From the NCBI GenBank assembly GCA_043228905.1, contig JBHGNT010000921.1:1-13860 (forward strand): DNA of 13,860 nt, read 5' to 3'. The notes under the pieces were generated by a model. It had not been told where the DNA came from and searched no databases. It saw only the letters and a program-made list of their open reading frames with translations. This DNA comes from Azolla caroliniana. Taxonomy: Eukaryota; Plantae; Polypodiophyta. This document shows, one piece after another, positions 8,687-13,860 of this stretch; position 1 is the stretch's first letter; each line of letters opens with the position of its first letter. The translations under genes and the position numbers were made by a program.

Positions 8687-9241
8687 AACGCGGTCAAATG
8701 GATACTCCGATACTTAAAGGGCACTTCGAACGTGTGCCTCCGATTCGGCTCCGGTAAGCCCGAACTCGACGGCTTTACCGATTCGGATATGTCGGCTGAT
8801 GCAGATACCAGCCGGTCCACATCAGGGTATGTGATGACGTATGCAGGGGGAGCTGTTTCGTGGCAGTCGAGGCTGCAGAAGACGGTTGCACTGTCAACCA
8901 CGGAGGCGGAGTACATGGCGGCTGTTGAAGCCGGCAAGGAAATAATATGGATGAAGGACTTCCTTAGAGAGCTCGGTATCCGGCAGGAGGAGTACCGACT
9001 CTACTGCGACAGTCAGAGTGCCATCCACCTTGCGAAGAACGCGGCCTATCACTCCCGGACGAAGCACATCCAGCGAAGATATCACTGGATCCGGGAAAGG
9101 ATAGAAGACCAGGAGTTCGTGCTGACGAAGATCCACACGGACGAGAACGGGTCAGACATGCTGACCAAAGTGCTCACACCCGACAAGCTGGAAGCGTGCC
9201 GGAAGAGGGTCGGACTGGAAAGACATCCCATGCCGAAGTGA
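8687..9241 (+). pseudogene. In-frame remainder of pol copy 1 (RNase H) stranded behind the premature stop
   Basis: GFTDSD, TTEAEY, YCDSQSA, NGSDMLTK: all four acidic catalytic positions are present; natural TGA at 9239-9241. Confidence 0.92.
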
Positions 9242-9249
9242 AGGGGGAG
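9240..9249 (+). promoter_or_regulatory. Polypurine tract, internal copy
   Basis: GAAGGGGGAG overlapping the pol stop, 2 nt before TGTTGG. Confidence 0.9.
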
Positions 9250-9251
9250 TT

Positions 9252-9489
9252 TGTTGGAATTACGGTCCCTCCGGATGGGATGGTCGGATGTCCGGGAATC
9301 GGGATGAAGTACCCGGCTACGGAGCCGGATGATGAAGTACCCGGTATCGGAGCCGGATGACGAATGTACCCGGAGAGAGATCCGGATGCGGGGACATATT
9401 TGTGAATATGTTTGCCAAGGGCCCTTGAGGCTATACTTGTAAATAGCCCGAAAGTCATATGTGTATAAATATGACTTAGGGCAAACAGT
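9252..9489 (+). repeat. Internal partial LTR (essentially U3 plus TATA, 238 bp), different haplotype from the outer LTRs
   Basis: Homologous to 4722-5029 but 70 bp shorter in the repeat array, with private variants (TGTTGGAAT, GGTCGGATG, CCCTTGAGG, CTATACTTG); joins pol sequence at GCAAACA-GT-GAGGATC. Confidence 0.95.
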
Positions 9490-9624
9490 GAGGATCAACT
9501 CTACGAGGAGCAGTCCCGACCGGCAAGGGACCGGTTAGCACTCGAGGATCCGGCCGAAGACAGTGAAGAAACAGAACCGGCCGAGGAAGATGAAACTGAT
9601 ACCGGAACCGGCCCCGATCCCGAA

Positions 9625-11325
9625 ATGGATTCGGATGAAGAGGAAATGGAGGAGCCGGTTCCCGAAGCTCCGGAACGGAGATATCCTCTAAGAGAGAGAA
9701 GGGCCCCCCGGAGATTTCCGGAACCAGAGCACGTGCTGCTAACCGACGAGGGGGAGCCGGAGAGTTTTGAAGAAGCAAAGCTTGACACCCATAGCCGCAG
9801 GTGGTTAAGTGCCATGCAGGAGGAGATGGATTCCCTGCATGAGAACCACACATATGAACTTGTGGAGTTGCCGAAAGGAAAGCGGGCACTTCGAAACAAG
9901 TGGGTGTTCAAGCTGAAACCGGGAGATGCCGAAAACCCCCCGAGATACAAAGCCAGGATCGTGGTGAAGGGGTTCCAGCAGAAGAAGGGCGTCGACTTCG
10001 ACGAGATATTTGCCCCGGTAGTGAAGATGACCTCCATCCGGACGGTGCTGAGCATAGCGGCAAGCATGGACCTCAAGGTAGAACAGATGGACATGAAGAC
10101 GGCATTCCTTCACGGTGACCTCGAAGAAGAGATCTACATGCAGCAACTGGAAGGATTCGAGAAGAAAGGGAAGGAGCACCTGGTATGCCGGTTGAAGAAG
10201 AGCCTTTACGGACTGAAGCAGGCTCCCCGGCAATGGTACCGGAAGTTCGACTCTTTCATGACCGACGAAGGGTACCACAAAACGCAGTCTGATCACTGCG
10301 TGTTTGTGAAGAAGTTCGAAGGAGGAGACTTTCTAATACTCCTCCTGTACGTGGACGACATGTTGATCGTCGGACGGGACCAGGACAAGATATGGATGCT
10401 GAAGAAAGCACTTCACCGAACCTTCTCAATGAAGGACCTGGGTCCGGCGAGGCAAATACTAGGGATGCACATCATCCGGGACCGGAAGAAGAAGCAGTTG
10501 TGGCTGTCACAGGAGAAGTACGTGACAAAGGTGCTTCACCGGTTCAACATGTCGGAAGCAAGACCGGTCGGGTCAACCCTCCCGGCAAACTGCAAGTTGT
10601 CCAGCAAGCAAAGCCCCAAGACAAAGGCTGAGAAGGAGGACATGATGAAAGTACCATATGCCTCTGCCGTCGGAAGCTTGATGTACGCAATGGTGTGTAC
10701 AAGACCGGACATAGGATATGCAGTCGGAGTGGTGAGCCGGTACATGAGCAATCCCGGCAAAGAGCACTGGAACGCGGCCAAGTGGATACTCCGATACCTG
10801 AAGGGCACGACAAACGTGTGCCTCCGATTCGGCTCCGGTAAGCCTGAACTCGACGGCTTTACCAATTCGGATCTGTCGGCTGATGCAGATACCAGCCGGT
10901 CCACATCAGGGTATGTGATGACGTATGCAGGGGGAGCTGTTTCGTGGCAGTCGAGGCTGCAGAAGACGGTTGCGTTGTCAACCACGGAGGCGGACTACAT
11001 GGCGGCTGTTGAAGCCGGCAAGGAAATAATATGGATGAAGGACTTCATTAGAGAGCTCAGTATCCGGCAGGAGGAGTACCGACTCTACTGCGACAGTCAG
11101 AGTGCCATCCACCTTGCGAAGAATGCGGCCTATCACTCCCGGACGAAGCACATCCAACGAAGATATCACTGGATCCGGGAAAGGATAGAAGACCAGGAGT
11201 TCGTGCTGACGAAGATCCACACGGACGAGAACGGGTCAGATATGCTGACCAAAGTGCTCACACCCGACAAGCTGGAAGCGTGCCGGAAGAGGGTCGGACT
11301 GGAAAGACATCCCATGCCGAAGTGA
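9625..11325 (+). CDS. pol: Stand-alone reverse transcriptase-RNase H ORF, 566 aa (translation not demonstrated)
   Basis: Uninterrupted ORF; QMDMKTAFLHG, YVDD at 10348-10359; RNase H has GFTNSD (D>N, 10864) and EADY (E>D, 10993-10995). Confidence 0.8.
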   Translation: MDSDEEEMEEPVPEAPERRYPLRERRAPRRFPEPEHVLLTDEGEPESFEEAKLDTHSRRWLSAMQEEMDSLHENHTYELVELPKGKRALRNKWVFKLKPGDAENPPRYKARIVVKGFQQKKGVDFDEIFAPVVKMTSIRTVLSIAASMDLKVEQMDMKTAFLHGDLEEEIYMQQLEGFEKKGKEHLVCRLKKSLYGLKQAPRQWYRKFDSFMTDEGYHKTQSDHCVFVKKFEGGDFLILLLYVDDMLIVGRDQDKIWMLKKALHRTFSMKDLGPARQILGMHIIRDRKKKQLWLSQEKYVTKVLHRFNMSEARPVGSTLPANCKLSSKQSPKTKAEKEDMMKVPYASAVGSLMYAMVCTRPDIGYAVGVVSRYMSNPGKEHWNAAKWILRYLKGTTNVCLRFGSGKPELDGFTNSDLSADADTSRSTSGYVMTYAGGAVSWQSRLQKTVALSTTEADYMAAVEAGKEIIWMKDFIRELSIRQEEYRLYCDSQSAIHLAKNAAYHSRTKHIQRRYHWIRERIEDQEFVLTKIHTDENGSDMLTKVLTPDKLEACRKRVGLERHPMPK

Positions 11326-11333
11326 AGGGGGAG
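11324..11333 (+). promoter_or_regulatory. Polypurine tract, terminal copy
   Basis: GAAGGGGGAG, 2 nt before the 3' LTR. Confidence 0.93.
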
Positions 11334-11335
11334 TT

Positions 11336-11999
11336 TGTTGGGATTACGGTCCCTCCGGATGGGATGGTCAGATGTCCGGGAATCGGGAATGAAGACCCGA
11401 ATGAGGAGTACCCGGTATCGGAACCGGATGATGAAGACCCGGTTTCGGATCCGGATGATGAAGACCCCGGCTACGGAGCCGGATGATGAAGACCCCGGCT
11501 ACGGAGCCGGATGACGAATGTACCCGGAGAGAGATCCGGATGCGGGGACATATTTGTGAATATGTTTGCCAAGGGCCCTCTAGGCTATATTTGTAAATAG
11601 CCCGAAAGTCATATGTGTATAAATATGACTTAGGGCAAACAGTTTTGTTGTTGTTGCTTATTTTTCTGTTTTCCACTTAGAGGGAGCGAAGTGAGAGCAG
11701 CCGAGAGAGAGAGTGAGAGAGAGAGAGAAAGGAAGAGGTCGACGCCTCTGTGTAATACCGCCGCCTGTGGCGAGGACAGCGAGCTCAAGGTCGTCGCCTT
11801 GCAGCTCGCCATTGTACATTCCCTGCGGATAGTGATAGTTGGAGTCTTGCACTCCCGTGGTTTTTCCCGTCTAGGGTTTTCCACGCCAAACCCTGTGCAT
11901 TCGAGTCTCTCTCTGTGTTTTCGATTTACTGCTGCATTGACTCGTGTTTCCTCGGTTGTGGCCGAGAGGTGAAGGTTTTGAAAGCGTCAATTACTAACA
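11336..11999 (+). repeat. 3' LTR (664 bp)
   Basis: TGTTGGGATT...TTACTAACA followed by the TSD. Confidence 0.97.
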
Positions 12000-12004
12000 T
12001 CTTC
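12000..12004 (+). repeat. Right target-site duplication TCTTC
   Basis: Identical to 4717-4721. Confidence 0.95.
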
Positions 12005-12244
12005 CCTAGTATCCTCTAAACATCTTTCAATCAACTTCACTCATCAAGACTTTTTCAACCTCAAAGATCAAGGCTCTTCTTTCTTCTTCGAACGGTTTAT
12101 GTTTCCATTCTCGCAATTGAGCCGTTGTTATAGCAACTCTTGATAGCACTCGATCAATTTCAATCAATTCACATTTTGTTGACACAATTACTGTGCTTTC
12201 CTTGTCAAAGCCCTAGTCAACTGTGTGGTTGGGTCTGGGTTCAC

Positions 12245-12586
12245 GTTTATTTACCTCTTGTGCAATCGTTGGGCCTAGCTTTGCTCTTGTACAATCGATT
12301 GTGTCATCGGGCCTGGCATCACGTCTGTGCATGTAGATACTCGTCTGGTCGATATCAACCCAGTGGTATCACAGGTTGCATCGATTTGCAAAATTAGATC
12401 ACTCGTGCAACATGCTTGATCTACTTGCATGAACAAATCCTCTGGGTTAGTTGCTACATCTACTTTCAAAATGGGGCCCTCTAAACACGCATCAACATCA
12501 ATAGTTTCCACACTGCCATCGGCCTTAGGAACAATAGATTCAAACCCTTTACACTCTAGAACATTATAAAACACCAACAGATTCAC
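12245..12586 (-). pseudogene. Possible retroelement coding relic with a GPMT-RA-RAQRL-EVN-like motif
   Basis: 103-codon open stretch ending PGPMTQS; the rest of the motif appears only if small indels are allowed. Resembles the C-terminal CR motif of CRM-type gypsy integrases. Confidence 0.25.
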
Positions 12587-12899
12587 ACTTGCAATGTAGA
12601 CAACAGTAGTATAAAAACAACATTATCAAGGTCTCTGGAACATAATCATCTTGTTATCTTAATATTCATCGTAGAGTTCCATTACATGATGGGGATCACG
12701 CAACAACCAATAATGGTTTTACATGTCCAAATAGATTATATAAATTAGTTTTTGTAAGGAGAATTGCTAATTATCCTGTCCCACTAAACATAGAGTCAAG
12801 AACCGCTTGATTGAGTAACTACTCTTGGCCCCGATCGAGGACCCTTCTTTAGCATTTTTCTAGAAGGTTGCCCATTTAGCCTTTCTTCGACAACCTATC

Positions 12900-13177
12900 T
12901 ATTGGGAAACAGGTCCCTCTGGATGGGAAGTGGACATGCCAAATTGTCTAGAGTCGATAGGTAGCTCAACCAAGGCTGAAAAAATGATTGACTAAAAATT
13001 GAATGGTAATCGATTTGGCTAATAGCCGAATCTACCAAATCGACTAGGCTATATTTTTAAATAGCCTATGTAAATAGTGTTTTATGGATATGAATATATA
13101 TACACCTAGGGCAAGTAGTTAGGTAAGTGTTTGTTGATTATTGTTGTATAGTTATTGTTGGTTGTTGGCACTATAAC

Positions 13178-13215
<38 letters not shown>

Positions 13216-13235
13216 TGTATTATCGTCTTTGGAGG
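12900..13235 (+). mobile_element. 5' part of an older LTR related to the young element, truncated by the LINE
   Basis: TATTGGGAAACAGGTCCCTCTGGATGGGA vs TGTTGGGATTACGGTCCCTCCGGATGGGA; then TAGGCTATATTTTTAAATAGCC, TAGGGCAA, a TTG-rich tract, a GA tract and TGTATTA, in the same order as in the young LTR. Confidence 0.75.
13181..13212 (+). repeat. (GA)16 microsatellite inside the old LTR
   Basis: Perfect dinucleotide run at the position of the interrupted GA tract (5089-5114) of the young LTR. Confidence 0.95.
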
Positions 13236-13663
13236 TAAAATATGACCTATGAGACCAAAAATATTAGATTTCACGTGATATGTGTGAAAGTGAATAGTGA
13301 CTCTGAATGTTCAAGAACTTTACCAATGGATGTTGCAATCGAGAGTGCACATTGTGGTTGTGAGAGGAATTTATGCAAGGATTGGGCTCGGTCGAAGAGA
13401 TGTGGAAAGCATGGTCAAATATGATCAAACGTAGAGCATTGTACCAAAGTGTGATACTTAGACTCGTGAACTTGTTTAGGGCAAAGTGTGCATAGCCGAC
13501 CACTCTCATCACTTGTGCCCCAACGCCCTGTCTCACATCGCAATGCATGTGAGATATGTTGCATGGAAACAATGGTTCGAATGGCAGAGAATGGTATGGG
13601 TTCTAACATGTATCGGTGTACGATTTCCCCATTCTGCAAAGAATATGGTTTTGTAGTTAGGTG
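13236..13663 (-). mobile_element. 3' end of a non-LTR retrotransposon (LINE ORF2 C-terminus, RTE-X/L2-like)
   Basis: Minus frame: SHALRCETGRW...RLCTLC...HESKYHTLVQCSTFDHI*PCFPHLF...SLHKFLSQ...IATSI, i.e. the SHxLxxETGRW...CxxC...H...C motif of LINE ORF2 C-termini. One internal TGA (probably from CGA), final stop at 13273-13271, then a short 3' UTR. Confidence 0.75.
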
Positions 13664-13860
13664 TGTTGGGGATCACCGTCTTCGGTTCACCTTCTCCGCT
13701 CGGCCACAACCGAGTAATCGCGGATCAATGCAGCAGAAAATAGGAAATACAGAGAAAGACGCGATACACAGGGATTAACGTGGAAAACCCTATACGGGAA
13801 AAACCACGGGAGTGCGAGACTCCAAACCAAACTATGCACAGAGAAATATACAATGGCGAG
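13664..13860 (-). mobile_element. U5 end of a related LTR on the minus strand (3' or solo LTR), continuing beyond the window
   Basis: Reverse complement is colinear with 11804-11999 (CTCGCCATTGTA...GGTTTTTCCCGTATAGGGTTTTCCACG...CTGCTGCATTGA...CTCGGTTGTGGCCGAG...CAACA); no PBS follows the CA end. Confidence 0.88.

Larger units (their letters stand above)
9488..11335 (+). repeat. Second copy of the pol 3' region (duplicate of 7611-9251 without the 207-bp deletion)
   Basis: Offset is 1877 bp before the deletion point and 2084 bp after it. Confidence 0.97.
4722..11999 (+). mobile_element. Ty1/copia LTR retrotransposon (Tork lineage, Tnt1/Tto1-like), compound structure with duplicated RT-RNase H and an internal partial LTR
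   Basis: TG...CA LTRs, 5-bp TSD, tRNA-iMet PBS, PPT, domain order Gag-PR-IN-RT-RH. Tnt1-like RT motifs (LWLSQEKY, VPYASAVGSLMYAMVCTRPDI). Integrase DNGGEYRGQF...KTPKLNGLAE has 34 residues between D and E, as I recall for Tto1-like elements. Confidence 0.97.

Noticed and set aside
9480-9495. Internal LTR/pol junction as a splice product (CAG and GTGAG are both present)
   Set aside because: The retained pieces are the acceptor-like and donor-like intron sides, the reverse of exon joining.
10272-10479. 207-bp deletion as a spliced-out intron
   Set aside because: One register starts with GT but none ends in AG; microhomology explains it.
5428-11220. Numerous antisense and alternate-frame ORFs of 60-200 aa inside the element
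   Set aside because: Expected shadows of a GC-rich pol frame, duplicated along with the DNA, with no recognisable domains.
9252-11999. Second module as an independent nested insertion
   Set aside because: It has no TSD of its own, no PBS or U5, and is directly preceded by the pol stop and PPT of copy 1.

Overview
Eukaryotic, almost certainly plant, repeat-rich DNA with no recognisable host gene, RNA gene or CRISPR array. The main feature is a young Ty1/copia LTR retrotransposon (Tork lineage, Tnt1/Tto1-like) at 4722-11999, bounded by TG...CA LTRs and a perfect 5-bp target-site duplication (TCTTC). Its structure is not canonical. It reads: 5'LTR - PBS - gag/PR/IN/RT (207-bp in-frame deletion removing YVDD, premature TAG) - RNase H - PPT - a U3-only internal LTR of a different haplotype - a second copy of the IN/RT spacer, RT and RNase H (566-aa ORF, YVDD intact, two RNase H catalytic residues changed) - PPT - 3'LTR. 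The most economical reading is a chimera made by template switching between two family members and inserted as one unit. This places a TATA-containing U3 directly upstream of a stand-alone RT ORF. The flanks hold older nested debris: related LTR fragments, Ty3/gypsy integrase relics, the 3' end of an RTE-X/L2-like LINE, a ~145-bp tandem array and short duplications. All counts were made by eye and should be confirmed by alignment.
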